Below are positions 1 to 10,709 of a DNA stretch of 19,425 nt, one piece after another (the first letter of the stretch is position 1; each line of letters starts with the position of its first letter). The position numbers and the translations under genes are program-made. Source of the stretch: a virus; the IMG/VR virus record IMGVR_UViG_3300045988_170948, positions 1 to 19,425 of that record; one strand, 5' to 3'. The notes beneath the pieces were generated by a model that saw only the letters and a program-made list of their open reading frames with translations, did not search any database and had not been told where the DNA came from.

Positions 1-114
1 CAAAATGGAGTTCAATTTTTATTTAGAGTATCTGACGGACCAACAGGAACAGTTAAATATACAGAGAATTTAACACTAACAGAAGATACTGTTAAAAACG
101 TAACTATAAACTAA
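1..114 (+). CDS. 3' end of an unknown (probably tail-associated) structural gene, truncated by the window edge
   Basis: Frame 1 is open from base 1 to TAA 112-114 (QNGVQFLFRVSDGPTGTVKYTENLTLTEDTVKNVTIN*). The stop abuts the next ATG in a TAA-T-ATG junction like the other late genes. Confidence 0.5.
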   Translation, partial: QNGVQFLFRVSDGPTGTVKYTENLTLTEDTVKNVTIN

Positions 115-115
115 T

Positions 116-2458
116 ATGGCTGAAGAAATTAAAAAAGTAATTAGTATAGATACTAAAACCAGTTCAAAGTCGATCAAGCAGCTACGAGAAGAAGTAGCTG
201 GCTTGACGGCTGAACTTGAAGATCTTGAGATTGGTAGTACTGACTATACTAAAAAGCTTGAAGAACTTGTTAATGTTCAAAATAAGTTAGGTGTTGCTAC
301 AGAATCTATGCAAGGTAAAACTGTAAATGCAGTTAAGGCGTTTGACAGTATCAATCAAGTAGCAGGAGGTTTAGCTGGAGGAGTTTCAGCTGTTAGTGCA
401 GCATTCACTTTATTTGGAAAAGATACAGAGAATCTTCAAAAAACTATGGTTAAATTGCAAGCAGCAATTGCCATAGTTCAGGGAATTGGAGGATTAAAAG
501 GTTTAGGTGAAGGTATTCTTAATGGAGTAAAATCATTTAAAGCCTTATCTGTGGCAATAACTGGTACATCAGCTGCTATGAATGGATTTAAGGCAGCATT
601 AGTATCAACAGGAATTGGTGCGCTACTTGTAGCAGTTGGTTTGCTTATAGATAAACTTACTTCATTAAAAGATGAAGCTAAATTAACAAGCGATGAAATA
701 GAAAATATTAGACAAAGGAATGAGAATTTAAGAACTCAAGCTAAAGAATCATTTTGAGAGGAGGAATATCGGAGTCTTATTAAATTAAATCCTGAATTAC
801 AAGATGAAATAGAGAATGTAATTAAAGCTACTGATGCATATAGGGAATTAAATAGAATAAGAACTGAAACTCAAAAAAAGGCTTGAGAAGAATATGATGC
901 TAAGATATTCTTGAATAATATTATAGAACTAGATAAGGCATTTAAGAATGCTCTAACTGCTTATGATAAAGATTTACTATCAATAGGTACAAGATTTGGT
1001 AAAACAGAAGAGGAAATCTCAGAATTATTTAAAAATACGTTATCTAGACAACAATTCTTAAAAAAAGTAACTGGGAAGGATGTAAAAGAAGCAAGATTAG
1101 AATTAGAAAGAATTTCTGAAAGTCTATTAGACAATAGTAAGTATTTAGCAGAAACTAAAGATCCTTTATATGATTACCAAAATCTTGTAAAAACAGGAAA
1201 TAAAATTCTTGAAGATAGAAAAAAAGCAGAAGAAGAAGCGGCAAGAGCTAGAAAACAGGCTTTAGATAAACTTCAAGATGAAATAAAAACTAAAAAAGCA
1301 GCCATTGATAAATATTGGTCTGATAATGAAAAAACTTTATTAAGTGAAACAGATAGAGAAAATTTAATTTTAAGAGAAAATTATCAGTTACAATTAAATG
1401 ATTTAAAATGGCTACTCGATAAAAAAGAATTAACTCAAGAGGAATATTTAAAAAGAGTTAAACAAGTAAATGATGCATATAATAAAGAATATTTAGAAGA
1501 TCAGAGAGAAATTTATAAAACAGAGCTTCAAGATAGATTATCTGCATTACAAGAAATGCAAGATAGGGAATCTCAATTATTTGCAAATAAAGAGGCTGCA
1601 TTATCTGCAGGTAAATCTGGAAGTTATGAAACTAGAGTTCAACAATTTGGTTCAACGGATTTCTATCAATCTAGAGAAGATGTTCAAAGACAATATCAAG
1701 ATACATTAGCTTATAATGAACAGTTATATAATCTTACCAAAGATAGAATTACAAGAGAGAATGAATTGATGTCTCAACAGCAAGCTATCTTAGATGAGCA
1801 ATATAATAATAAACTGATAACTGAACAAGAATATGCTAATCAATCTCAAGCAATCAAATTACAGCAAGAAGCTAATGATATAGCTTTATCAGAAGCAGCT
1901 AATGCAAGAGAAGAAGCAGATCTTCAAGCATTTAAAGATAGACAAGCTAAAAAGCAACAGGCTATTCAAGCTACTATGAATGTAGCTTCTTCTTTAAGTG
2001 GAGCTTTAGCTAATGTATTTAAACAAGAAGCTAGTGATGACAAGAAGAGTGAGAAACAGAGGGAGAAATCATTTAAAGTTTATAAAGCATTAGCTACTAC
2101 TCAAGCTATTATTGATACTATCAGTTCTGCCCAAGGTGCATATAAAGCTATGGTAGGTATTCCATTTGTAGGTCCTATCCTTGCTCCTATTGCAGCTGCT
2201 ACTGCTGTTATAGCTGGTATTGCTAATGTAAAAGCTATCCAAAATGAGCAGCTTCCTTCATCTGGAGGTTCTGGAAGTGATGCAGGAACTACTGCTCCTG
2301 CTGCTTTAAATACAGCTCCTGTAGAATATACTCGGAACTTACTTGGCAATAAAGAGACGGATCAATTGAATCAACCAGTTAAATGTTATGTAGTTGAGAG
2401 TGATATTACTACTGCTCAAACTAAAGTTGCAGTTACAGAATCAAATGCAAGTTTCTAA
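116..2458 (+). CDS. Tail tape measure protein (780 aa when TGA=Trp)
   Basis: ORF-track pieces 116-757 and 911-2458 share a frame and are joined through TGA 755-757 and TGA 884-886 with no TAA/TAG between them (..KESF-W-EEEYRSL..QKKA-W-EEYDAKIFLNN..). The protein has long Q/E/K-rich coiled-coil stretches plus Gly/Ala-rich hydrophobic segments (GGLAGGVSAVSAAFTLFG; IPFVGPILAPIAAATAVIAGIANV), which is typical of tape measure proteins. Ends in TAA. Confidence 0.75.
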
Positions 2459-2480
2459 AGTGAGTAAAATTTATGACACA
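2459..2480 (+). repeat. Degenerate copy of block 2 of the 49-bp intergenic element
   Basis: GTGAGTAAAATTTATGACAC resembles AGTGAGTAAAAATTTGACAC at 19224-19242. It lies directly after the tape measure stop and runs into the hairpin at 2479-2522. Confidence 0.4.
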
Positions 2481-2522
2481 CTACTATGTAAGTTGCTGAT
2501 TATCAGTGCTTATATAGTAGTG
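2479..2522 (+). terminator. Long imperfect hairpin, candidate terminator after the tape measure gene
   Basis: CACTACTATGTAAGTTGCTGAT-T-ATCAGTGCTTATATAGTAGTG forms paired blocks of 9+4+5 bp with one G:U pair and a small internal bulge. T-rich sequence follows (CTATGTCTATTTTATTTTT). Confidence 0.4.
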
Positions 2523-2525
2523 CTA

Positions 2526-2573
2526 TGTCTATTTTATTTTTATTATATAACCTAGTTGAGTAAAAACTTGACA
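2526..2573 (+). promoter_or_regulatory. Conserved intergenic element, copy A (candidate phage-specific promoter for the head module)
   Basis: TGTCTATTTTATTTTTATTATATAACCTAGTTGAGTAAAAACTTGACA aligns with copies at 11683-11731, 19193-19241 and 17446-17397 (-). It lies 79 nt upstream of ATG 2653 and has the same orientation as the downstream genes. Confidence 0.55.
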
Positions 2574-2652
2574 TTTGATAGTATACAAATATATAAAAAT
2601 AGAAGATTGTAACAATATTACATTTTTAAAATAGCTTATATATTAATAAAAA

Positions 2653-3243
2653 ATGGAAAAAATGTATAATGATCTTCCATTATATCAAGCAATTATTGCC
2701 GATGATTGTGATGGAATAGAGTTCGTAGCATTGACCAGTAAACCTGCAACCCAAGTTAATTGGCTTGCTTTTGGGGAATCTCAGAAGTTCTCGATGGATG
2801 AAGAAAAACATATAGTTACTTCTTGTTTAATGGTATGTGATATACCTATATTTAGACGGGATAGTAAAAACGGAGAATATTATATTCAATATGATAAAGA
2901 AACTCTCCGTTTAATGGCTGAAAAAATGATGTATGATAAGAGAACTACTGATGTAAATATTGAACATTTGGAAGATTCGGTAATTCCTGGAATAATTCTT
3001 CAAGAGCTATATATTAAAGATATAGATAGAGGAATTAATCCAGTTGAATTTGCTGATTGTCCAGATGGTTCATTATTTGCTACTTATAAAGTAAATAATC
3101 CTGTTATATGGGATGCAATTAAAGCTGGAAAGTTTAAAGGGTTCTCTATTGAGGGATTGTTTACTTTAGAAAGACAATCTGATGAATATGAGGAACTTAA
3201 AGAGATTCAAAAAATGTTGAGAAAAATAAAAAGAGTTAAATAG
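2653..3243 (+). CDS. Prohead protease, XkdF-like (putative)
   Basis: The N-terminal GIEFVALTSKPATQVNWLAFGE resembles the V-A-L-V-x-x-P-A-x-x-x-x-F-x-A-F signature I recall for the XkdF-type phage serine protease domain. The gene sits upstream of the scaffold and major capsid genes. Ends in TAG. Confidence 0.5.
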   Translation: MEKMYNDLPLYQAIIADDCDGIEFVALTSKPATQVNWLAFGESQKFSMDEEKHIVTSCLMVCDIPIFRRDSKNGEYYIQYDKETLRLMAEKMMYDKRTTDVNIEHLEDSVIPGIILQELYIKDIDRGINPVEFADCPDGSLFATYKVNNPVIWDAIKAGKFKGFSIEGLFTLERQSDEYEELKEIQKMLRKIKRVK

Positions 3244-3244
3244 A

Positions 3245-3856
3245 ATGTATAGTGGAGTTATATATCTAGCAACAAATCTTATAAATGGCAATAAATATGT
3301 AGGACAAACAAATAATTTCTTGAGAAGAAAGAATGAACATAAATACAGTTCTAATCTTACATATTTTCATAGAGCGATTAGGAAATATGGATTCAATAAC
3401 TTTAAATGGGAAATTCTTCAAATCTTTTGTTGTTCTTCTACAGAATTATTGAAAAGACAACTAAATAATGCAGAAATTAAATATATTCAGTTATTTGATA
3501 CATTAAATAATGGTTATAATTTAAATGAAGGTGGAGGTTCTAATACTGGATTTAAACACAGTGAAGAATCTAAACACAAAATGTCTTTAAAACAGTCTGG
3601 AAGAGTATTAAAGGATGAAACAAAATTAAAGTTAAGAGAATGTAGATTGGGAACTAAACAAACTGAACAGCAGAAAGAAAAAGTAAGTAAACGTATAATT
3701 ATGACAGATATTAATGATACTTATATATGCACTTGGAAATCTGCTATGGACGCTGAAAGAAACGGAAATTTTGATCATAGTGCTATTATAAAATGTTGCA
3801 AAAATAAACAAAACTATCATAAAAATTTTAAATTTAAGTATGAACAAATTAACTAA
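3245..3856 (+). mobile_element. Free-standing GIY-YIG homing endonuclease gene 1
   Basis: GVIYLATNLINGNKYVGQT (GIY..YVG), RRKNEH, AEIKYIQLF..NGYNLNEGG and a NUMOD3-like GFKHSEESKHKMS are present. The C-terminal tail is basic and looks DNA-binding. The gene is inserted between protease and scaffold, starting 2 nt after the protease TAG and overlapping the scaffold start by 17 nt. It has no in-frame TGA. Confidence 0.85.
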
Positions 3857-4451
3857 ACTGAGAATCGAACTTAGTAAACTCTTAGCAAAATTTAACGATG
3901 TTAAGACTAGTGCTGGAGTTCTAACTTACGATGGTAGTGAGGATGAGGATCTAAGGGCAGGTATGAGTGTATATACAATGGATACTGATACTGGCGAATA
4001 TGCACCTGCTGCTGATGGTGAGTATGTTACCGAAGATGGCAAAACGATTGTTGTTAAAGACGGTAAAGTAGAGTCCATTACTGATCCTAAAGCTGTAGTA
4101 GATCCTGAAGAAGACAGGACTGTTGAGGTTGATGCTGCTTGTGGAACTAAGAGAGTAAAAGCTGAGGAAGTTGCTGATCCTGCTGTTGAAACAGACGGTG
4201 TTAAAGAAACTGAGACTGATGCAATCGACGCTATTCATCGCGAAATTAATGAGCTCTATGATATTGTAGATAAGCTTGTTAAGAAAGTAGCAGAACTTGA
4301 AGGAAAGTCAGAAGCTACTGAAAAGACTGTAGAAAAAATGAGTAAGATGAGTGCTGCTTTTTCAGCAGAGGAAACACTCGAAAATAAAACAACTGCTCCT
4401 ATAAGTGGAATAGCAGAAATAGATAGAAAGCTTAAAAACTTTATTGGTTAA
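3840..4451 (+). CDS. Capsid scaffolding protein (putative)
   Basis: Acidic protein directly upstream of the major capsid gene. It carries a GEY..EDGKTIVVKDGKV motif and a C-terminal helical, coiled-coil segment (IHREINELYDIVDKLVKKVAELEGK). Confidence 0.55.
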   Translation: MNKLTKLRIELSKLLAKFNDVKTSAGVLTYDGSEDEDLRAGMSVYTMDTDTGEYAPAADGEYVTEDGKTIVVKDGKVESITDPKAVVDPEEDRTVEVDAACGTKRVKAEEVADPAVETDGVKETETDAIDAIHREINELYDIVDKLVKKVAELEGKSEATEKTVEKMSKMSAAFSAEETLENKTTAPISGIAEIDRKLKNFIG

Positions 4452-4472
4452 TTTATAAAATTTTAAATAATT

Positions 4473-5378
4473 ATGGCAAATAGTCCTGTAATGACAACTC
4501 TTCCTGCTTATGTGGAGCAAAGACGTCTCCCTCTTATTAAGGAAGCTGTTTTAAAAGCTAAGAGTGCAAGTTTGTTCAATCTTCAAACAGATATTAAAAC
4601 TGATGCTGCTCTTAACCTGTTATCTACCGATGTTCAGTTCGGTGATGGTCTTACTTGTGGTTGGGATGAGGCTGGAACTCAGACTCTTTCTCAGAGAATT
4701 CTTAAGACTGGTAATATTAAGATTAATATGGCATATTGCGATAAGGCTATGCTGAAATACTGGACTCAGTATGCAGTTAAGGTAGCCGCTGGTCAGAAGA
4801 CTCTTCCTTTTGAAGAGGATTTCGTAAATGCTGTTGTAGAGAACGTAAAAGAGGCTATTGAGGTAGCTATCTGGCAGGGTGATACGGCTTCAGAAACTAA
4901 TAACTTGAAGTATTTTGATGGTCTGCTTAAGATTCTTGCTGCTGATAATGGTACTGTAGATGTAACAATTGCTGGAACATCTGCCTATACTGACATTATG
5001 GCAGTTTATAATGCAATTCCTGAGAAGGTTCTGGATGGTGCTTCTATCTTAGTTGGTGCCGATATGTTCCGTAAGTTCGTAAATGAACTTGTTGAGAAGA
5101 ACTATTTCCACTATAGCGGAGAGAGCCTTAATGGTGAGATTTATCTTCCTGGTTCACAGGTTAAGGTTATTGCTGTTAATGGTCTTAATGGAACTGGTAA
5201 GATTGTTGCTGGTCAGTTAGACAAGAACTTCTTCTATGGTGTAGATATGATGAACGATGAAGAGAAATTCGAATTGTGGTATTCACAGGATTTCCGCGAG
5301 TTCAGATTAGCTATTGAATTTAACGCTGGTGTACAAGTTGCTTTCCCTGACGAAGTAGTATTAGGCGCCAAGGCTTAA
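4473..5378 (+). CDS. Major capsid protein (HK97-fold type)
   Basis: 301 aa, positioned after protease and scaffold. The N-terminal PAYVEQRRLPLIKEAV and the C-terminal NFFYGVDMMNDEEKFELWYSQDFREFRLAIEFNAGVQVAFPDEVV look like phage capsid family proteins. The four Trp visible in the quoted motifs (CGWDE, KYWTQ, AIWQG, ELWYS) are all TGG, and there is no in-frame TGA. Confidence 0.8.
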   Translation: MANSPVMTTLPAYVEQRRLPLIKEAVLKAKSASLFNLQTDIKTDAALNLLSTDVQFGDGLTCGWDEAGTQTLSQRILKTGNIKINMAYCDKAMLKYWTQYAVKVAAGQKTLPFEEDFVNAVVENVKEAIEVAIWQGDTASETNNLKYFDGLLKILAADNGTVDVTIAGTSAYTDIMAVYNAIPEKVLDGASILVGADMFRKFVNELVEKNYFHYSGESLNGEIYLPGSQVKVIAVNGLNGTGKIVAGQLDKNFFYGVDMMNDEEKFELWYSQDFREFRLAIEFNAGVQVAFPDEVVLGAKA

Positions 5379-5418
5379 TTTCAATAGATTTTATTAACTT
5401 ATAAATGATATTGAAATT

Positions 5419-5943
5419 ATGGCTTGTTTAATAACTATCGCAGGAATCACACTTGATTGCCAACCTTCATTAGGTGGTATCAAACAGGTTTGGATTACTC
5501 AGTATTCAGATGTTAAGAGTGTAACGGTTGATCCTGAGAGCAATATGATTTCAGCTATTACTCTTGAGTCTTCAGCTAAATGGTATAACTACCAATTTAG
5601 AAAGGCTACTGGTTCTCTAACCTCAACTTTAAATGTAGATGAAAGTGCTGGTGTTAATTATGTAAGTAATGAGCTTGCTCTTGTATTTACAAAGATGGAA
5701 ACAGCAAAACGAGTAGAGATTGCAGCTTTATCAATTGGTCAGCTTGCAGTTGTTGTTGAAGACAGCAATGGTAAGTATTGGTTCTTAGGTAAAGATGATT
5801 ATGTAAGCGCTTCCGCTGGTACGGGTGTTACTGGTACTGCTAAAGGTGATCAGAATGCTTATACTCTGACACTTTCAACAGATTCAGATTCTTATCCTTA
5901 TGAGTTATCTGCAGAAGCTATCCAAAGCGTTGTAGGTGCTTAA
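5419..5943 (+). CDS. Putative major tail (tube) protein or other abundant virion protein
   Basis: 174 aa. The pattern GGIKQVWI...F..A.....T.......G..Y....L.LVF.......R.....L...QLAVVVEDSNGKYWFLG resembles tail tube families I recall. A strong terminator follows immediately, as expected for a highly expressed structural gene. Confidence 0.4.
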   Translation: MACLITIAGITLDCQPSLGGIKQVWITQYSDVKSVTVDPESNMISAITLESSAKWYNYQFRKATGSLTSTLNVDESAGVNYVSNELALVFTKMETAKRVEIAALSIGQLAVVVEDSNGKYWFLGKDDYVSASAGTGVTGTAKGDQNAYTLTLSTDSDSYPYELSAEAIQSVVGA

Positions 5944-5953
5944 TAACAGAAAG

Positions 5954-5990
5954 AGGGGCGAGTATTAATTTACTTGCCCCTTATTTTGTT
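5954..5990 (+). terminator. Rho-independent terminator
   Basis: AGGGGCGAGTA-TTAATT-TACTTGCCCCT gives an 11-bp stem with one G:U pair, followed by TATTTTGTT. Confidence 0.8.
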
Positions 5991-6034
5991 TATATACCAC
6001 ATAATGAATAATTTATATTTTATAGAAAAATAAT

Positions 6035-8170
6035 ATGGCAAACGAAACTGAAAAGACAATTCTTCCCTATCTTAATGTCCTTGAAGTCGAAACAATAGAT
6101 AAGTCAAATGTGACTAAAGTTATTGTTATTGACAAGGATGATGAAGTTAAGGTTATGGATGGTTCTCAGTTAGGATCAAGTAACTATCAAGATCTTCAAT
6201 TTAAGCCTGAAATCAATGGGGTTGAATTAAATGGAAATATTCCTTCTAAAGAATTAGGAATTCCTTCTATTGAAGATATTGACAATCAAATTACAGAGAA
6301 ACTTATTGACTATCCAACTAAAGAAGAAGTTACTGTAGAAATAACTGAAGCTACTTCTGGCAAACAAGATATATTAGTTCAAGGTAATGGTATAGTAATT
6401 GAGGATAATACTATTTCAGCAGATTATTCTACAATTAATAATAAGCCATTTTTAAATGGAGCAGAGCTTATTAATCCTACAGTAATAGTTCCATCAATTC
6501 AGATTAAAGCTATCCCTGATAAAGTAACAATAGCTCCAATATTTGGAAATCAAACTGGAGACGCTGAAGAACTTCCTGTTTATAATACTGAAACTAATTC
6601 TGCAGGTCTAATTAATGCTGATTTATATGCTCAGTTATCAGATAAATATACAAAGGCTGAGATTGACAATCTAAATGCAGAAATTAATAAAGCTATAAAT
6701 GCAAAACAGGGAACATTAACGGCAGGAGCTAATATATCTATTGTTGATAATGTAATATCTGCATTCCAGAATCACTTCTTCTTAAATTTAGATATTAATG
6801 ATCCAGATAGACAGTTAGAAATATATAACTTCATTAGAAGTAATATGGACTTCTATTTATTTGGGCAGATTACATATAATGAAGATACAATAGTAGTTCC
6901 AATGACTGTAGTAGAGCATACTAATACTATTGATTTATATGGATACTATTTTAAAGATGATGGGGTATTAGTAACTATTAATGCTATTATAGTTAATAAT
7001 GGCCAAATGACTGTTAAGACCACAGAAGTTGATCTTACTAATAAAGGTTATACTAAAGATGAAGTAGATGAGAAACTTGCAACTAAGCAAGGTGTATTTA
7101 CTCCACAAGCTCCATTAGCTTTTAATGAAGATAAATCCCAATTATCTGTAGATTTATCTGGATACCAACCAGTTGGTGATTATGCTTTAAAGAGTGATAT
7201 TCCAACTAAAGTTAGTGAGCTTACTAATGATTCTAACTTTGTAACTGAAGCAGAGGTTTCTGGAGATTTAGCAGGTAAAGCAGATAAGACTTATGTTGAT
7301 GAGCAACTTGCTACTAAACAGCCTGTAGGAGATTATGCAACAAAAACTGAACTTGCTGGTAAAGCTGATTCTTCTGTAGTAGAATCTTTATCTACTCAAG
7401 TAGCAACTAATACTTCAGATATATCAATTATTAAAACAAAGCAAGAAGAAGATGGAGATAAGATTGATTCTCTTGATAAAGAGATGGCTACTAAGCAAGA
7501 TTTACTTGTAAGTGGAACTAATATCAAAACAATCAATAGTCAATCTTTACTTGGAGAAGGTAATATAGTAATTGATAGTGGTTCTAATATTCCATATCTA
7601 TTTATAAATTCCTCAACCCATCTTTCTGGAGATTTCGCTGCTGTTAAGAATGCTATAGCTAATAAAACACCATTTGAGCTTTATTATGTAAATATTCTAG
7701 GTTATGGTGATATAGCAGCTCCAGAAGTATGTTTTGTTTCAGGAGAAAATATTCAAGCTACTTTCCATTTTGAAAGTACGACAGCTAATCATACTGTAGT
7801 TCAAACTACTATTACTCCAACTGGAGTATCTGCTGATACTAGTTATCATAGTTATCAAGAACAGTTAGTTTCTGGTACTAATATAAAGACTATTAATGGT
7901 GAAAGTATTTTAGGAGAAGGTAATCTTGAAATATCTGGAGGTGGAGGGACTACTGACTATACTCAGTTAACAAATAAACCTCAGATTAATTCTGTTGAGT
8001 TATCTGGCAATAAGAGTTTATCAGATTTAGGTATTCAGCCTGCTGGAAACTATATTGAAGCTGGAACTGGAACCCAACCTCAAATAAATACGATTACTGT
8101 TCTAACTCAAGCAGAGTATGATAGTTTATCAACTAAAGATCCTAATACACAATATTTAATTGTAGAATAA
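6035..8170 (+). CDS. Tail fibre protein with internal repeats
   Basis: 711 aa. A repeated 24-aa motif L(L/V)SGTNIKTIN(S/G)(Q/E)S(L/I)LGEGN occurs at nt 7502-7573 and 7864-7933. Repeated KP.ING.EL.GN.....LGI and TK.EL..KAD motifs are typical of phage fibres. No TGA. Confidence 0.8.
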   Translation: MANETEKTILPYLNVLEVETIDKSNVTKVIVIDKDDEVKVMDGSQLGSSNYQDLQFKPEINGVELNGNIPSKELGIPSIEDIDNQITEKLIDYPTKEEVTVEITEATSGKQDILVQGNGIVIEDNTISADYSTINNKPFLNGAELINPTVIVPSIQIKAIPDKVTIAPIFGNQTGDAEELPVYNTETNSAGLINADLYAQLSDKYTKAEIDNLNAEINKAINAKQGTLTAGANISIVDNVISAFQNHFFLNLDINDPDRQLEIYNFIRSNMDFYLFGQITYNEDTIVVPMTVVEHTNTIDLYGYYFKDDGVLVTINAIIVNNGQMTVKTTEVDLTNKGYTKDEVDEKLATKQGVFTPQAPLAFNEDKSQLSVDLSGYQPVGDYALKSDIPTKVSELTNDSNFVTEAEVSGDLAGKADKTYVDEQLATKQPVGDYATKTELAGKADSSVVESLSTQVATNTSDISIIKTKQEEDGDKIDSLDKEMATKQDLLVSGTNIKTINSQSLLGEGNIVIDSGSNIPYLFINSSTHLSGDFAAVKNAIANKTPFELYYVNILGYGDIAAPEVCFVSGENIQATFHFESTTANHTVVQTTITPTGVSADTSYHSYQEQLVSGTNIKTINGESILGEGNLEISGGGGTTDYTQLTNKPQINSVELSGNKSLSDLGIQPAGNYIEAGTGTQPQINTITVLTQAEYDSLSTKDPNTQYLIVE

Positions 8171-8171
8171 T

Positions 8172-9293
8172 ATGAATATTAGAGATGATTTAAAAACATT
8201 TTATGTAGGTGACAGACAAGGTACTGCTATTTATGTCGGCAGTACCAAAGTCTGGCCTATCAATCCTTGTAATCCACAAATAGTTACAGTTGCTAATCCA
8301 GTTCCTCAAGGTACTACAATAGTTGATCCTTGCAGTTATGTATTTAGCAGTTATGATGGAACTATAAATGATATACAAAGGGATTGAATGGGTAGAGGAT
8401 CTGACCTTACTTCTACAGTAATTAGTTTTACTGCTGATTTAAGTGAATTAGCCCTTAATATAGATGGTGTACCTCTTTGTAGTATTATAGGTTCTGCTCA
8501 AACATATGCAGATGTAAAGTTAAATAGTGGAGATTTAAGTAGAAAAGGAGGGTTTTTTAAAACATCTCATTTTGATCTAAATAACCAGGAGATTACTAAT
8601 CTTAATGAAGCATATGGAAGATGGTCTAGTGAATCTCAATTTTGGGGTCAAACAATACATAGTGCCACTTTATCTAATGTTAAAATACCTACAACTACTA
8701 AAGAAGTAAGTGCAAATTATTTATTTATTGGAGTAAAAATAGATAATAATGATTTCTCTGTAATGAATAATTTTCAAAATCTTGTATTAGTAGATCCAAA
8801 ATGGGCATTTGCAGAGACAGCTGACGGAGCTACTAATATAGATAATATAACGATTAATATTCCCTTTAAAGGAGATTGTAATCATATGTTTCATAGAGCA
8901 TTATATCTAACAACTATTCCAAGTAATTTTATCTTTACTGGAATTACAGATATAAGCTATATGTTTAGTACTTGTAGTAGATTAACAGCTACACCAGAAA
9001 TAGATTGTCATCTTGTTACAGATTGTACTAGTTTTGCTGCATCTTGTCCAGAATTAGTCACTGTAGGAGCTTTAAATGGATTAGGAGAAGGTTTTAAAAC
9101 TGCTAGTCTTCTATATTTTGCTCAATCTCCAAATTTATCTACGGATTCATTACAAACTATAGCAGAATCTATTGGTGAGTGTATATTTAGTGGTTCTGCT
9201 ATATCCTTTAAATCTACTGCATATGATAAACTTACAGATGAACAGAAATCATTAATCGCTTCAAAGAATTGGAGCATAAATCGAGTTGCATAA
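8172..9293 (+). CDS. LRR-type (BspA/DUF285-like) receptor-binding candidate 1, 373 aa if TGA 8385-8387 is Trp
   Basis: ORF-track 8172-8387 and 8388-9293 share a frame and are joined by GAT-TGA-ATG-GGT. The C-terminal part carries ..MF....L..IP-type leucine-rich repeats (CNHMFHRALYLTTIP, ISYMFSTCSRLTATPEI). The C-terminus LTDEQKSLIASKNWSI is paralogous to the end of 10710-11678. Confidence 0.6.
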
Positions 9294-9295
9294 TT

Positions 9296-9532
9296 ATGAA
9301 AATTGAAATTAAAGAAAAATATAAAGTAGTTAGTCCAGAAGAAGGTTATATACTTACTAACTATAAAGAAGGAATGGATATTAAATTATACAGTTCATTT
9401 ACTGAATGTATCTGTCCTTTAAGTTGCGATTTAGAGCATCTATCAGAAGTCTCTTTAGATAAGGATGCTGAATATAAAGAATTAGCTATTAAAGCTTCTA
9501 AAGAGTATGAGGAATCAATAAAAGTTAGATAA
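9296..9532 (+). CDS. Hypothetical protein (78 aa)
   Basis: The ATG at 9296 sits in a TAA-TT-ATG junction with the upstream stop. The ORF-track start at 9269 would overlap the upstream gene. No recognisable motif. Confidence 0.5.
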   Translation: MKIEIKEKYKVVSPEEGYILTNYKEGMDIKLYSSFTECICPLSCDLEHLSEVSLDKDAEYKELAIKASKEYEESIKVR

Positions 9533-9534
9533 TT

Positions 9535-10194
9535 ATGATTATACTTAAGAATACTAAAAATACACAAACTTTCTATGTAAGTAAGAAATGTGGTATTGAA
9601 TCTGGACAACTTCCTGTTGGTTCTTATACTAAGATTGAAGCAGATGAAAGATTCCAACCTAAAGGTAATTACATTTCTGAAGAGAAAGCAGAAGAGTTAA
9701 TTAATACTAAAGTAACAGAAAGTATTGAAGATCAAGTTCCTCCTTTAGTAGATCAATCTATAGATGCTAAGCTTGTTCCAATTAATACTGAGATTACTAA
9801 TCTTAAAGGGGAAGTTGAGGAGTTAGAAACTTCTAAGATGGAAGTATTCCAAGCTAATCAACCTCTATCTTTACATAGAAATGGAGAAGGTTTGCAACTA
9901 TCTGTAGATTTAAGTAATTATGCAACTAAAGCAGAAATTCCTGATACTAGTGATTTTGCTACTAAAGAAGAGCTTACAGCTGTAGAGAATAAGATTCCTG
10001 ATGTATCTGGATTAGCTACTAAAGATGAAGTTGCACTTAAAGCAGATAAAAGTGAGTTATCAAACTATGTAACTACAGATGCATATAATACAAAGATGAC
10101 AGAGTTAGATGGAGAAATCTCAGCAATTCAAGCTCAGATTGGTAATATTTCAACTACTCTTGATACAATTAATGGTGAAATTCCAAATGAATAG
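9535..10194 (+). CDS. Tail fibre-like protein (coiled-coil and short repeats)
   Basis: Repeats [49 protein letters not shown] resemble those of the 711-aa fibre. The start sits in a TAA-TT-ATG junction. Ends in TAG. Confidence 0.6.
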   Translation: MIILKNTKNTQTFYVSKKCGIESGQLPVGSYTKIEADERFQPKGNYISEEKAEELINTKVTESIEDQVPPLVDQSIDAKLVPINTEITNLKGEVEELETSKMEVFQANQPLSLHRNGEGLQLSVDLSNYATKAEIPDTSDFATKEELTAVENKIPDVSGLATKDEVALKADKSELSNYVTTDAYNTKMTELDGEISAIQAQIGNISTTLDTINGEIPNE

Positions 10195-10708
10195 AGTATT
10201 AACAAATTATCCTAACTATAGTGTATCTTCTACAGGAGATGTATATAGTAACCCATTGACTTTTAAAGATTCTATTGGAAGAACCAGAAAACAAATACAT
10301 AAAAAGCTAAAACAGCATATAGATAAATATGGCTATAATTATGTAATTCTAGTATCTGGCTTAGATAAACCTAAAGCTATTAAAGTTCACAGACTAGTAG
10401 CAGAAGCATTTATTCCAAATCCTGACAATCTACCATATGTTAACCATATAAATGAAAATAAGACAGATAATAGGGTAGAAAATTTAGAATGATGTGATGC
10501 AAAGTATAATAATACATATGGAACTAGAATAAATAGATGTATTGATAAAATTAGTAAACCTGTAGGGCTATTTATTAATGATTTACTAGTTAAAACATAT
10601 AAAAATGCAATTGAAACATCAATAGATGGGTATACTCATAGTAGAGTTATAGATTGTCTTAAAGGAAGAACAGACACTTATAAAGGGGTAAAATTTAAAT
10701 ATATCTAA
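10187..10708 (+). mobile_element. Free-standing HNH homing endonuclease gene (NUMOD4-like N-terminus plus HNH_3-like core)
   Basis: [21 protein letters not shown] followed by [37 protein letters not shown](10490-10492)-CDAKYNN. The TGA sits exactly on the Trp of the conserved NLEW motif. The frame continues to TAA 10706-10708. The gene overlaps the upstream fibre gene by 8 nt. Confidence 0.85.
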
Positions 10709-10709
10709 T

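Noticed and set aside
2586-2593. A third CAAATATA (- strand TATATTTG, a Bacteroidota -7 box) downstream of element copy A.
   Set aside because: There is no TTTG at the -33 position on the - strand and no - strand gene to the left. It is probably a chance occurrence in AT-rich DNA.
2568-2596. Interpreting the TTGACA in block 2 of the repeat element as a sigma-70 -35 box.
   Set aside because: Only copy A has a plausible -10 (TATAAA after 16 bp). Copies B and C have hairpin sequence at the -10 position. Copy D has TAGACA and only 20 nt before the ATG.
2459-2652. A possible tRNA (for example the expected suppressor tRNA-UCA) or other structured RNA in the larger intergenic regions (2459-2652, 5944-6034, 11679-11833, 19168-19425).
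   Set aside because: Only simple hairpins are present. There is no cloverleaf arrangement, no T-loop GTTCRANYC-like box, and no acceptor or anticodon stem geometry. The suppressor tRNA, if phage-encoded, must lie outside this window.
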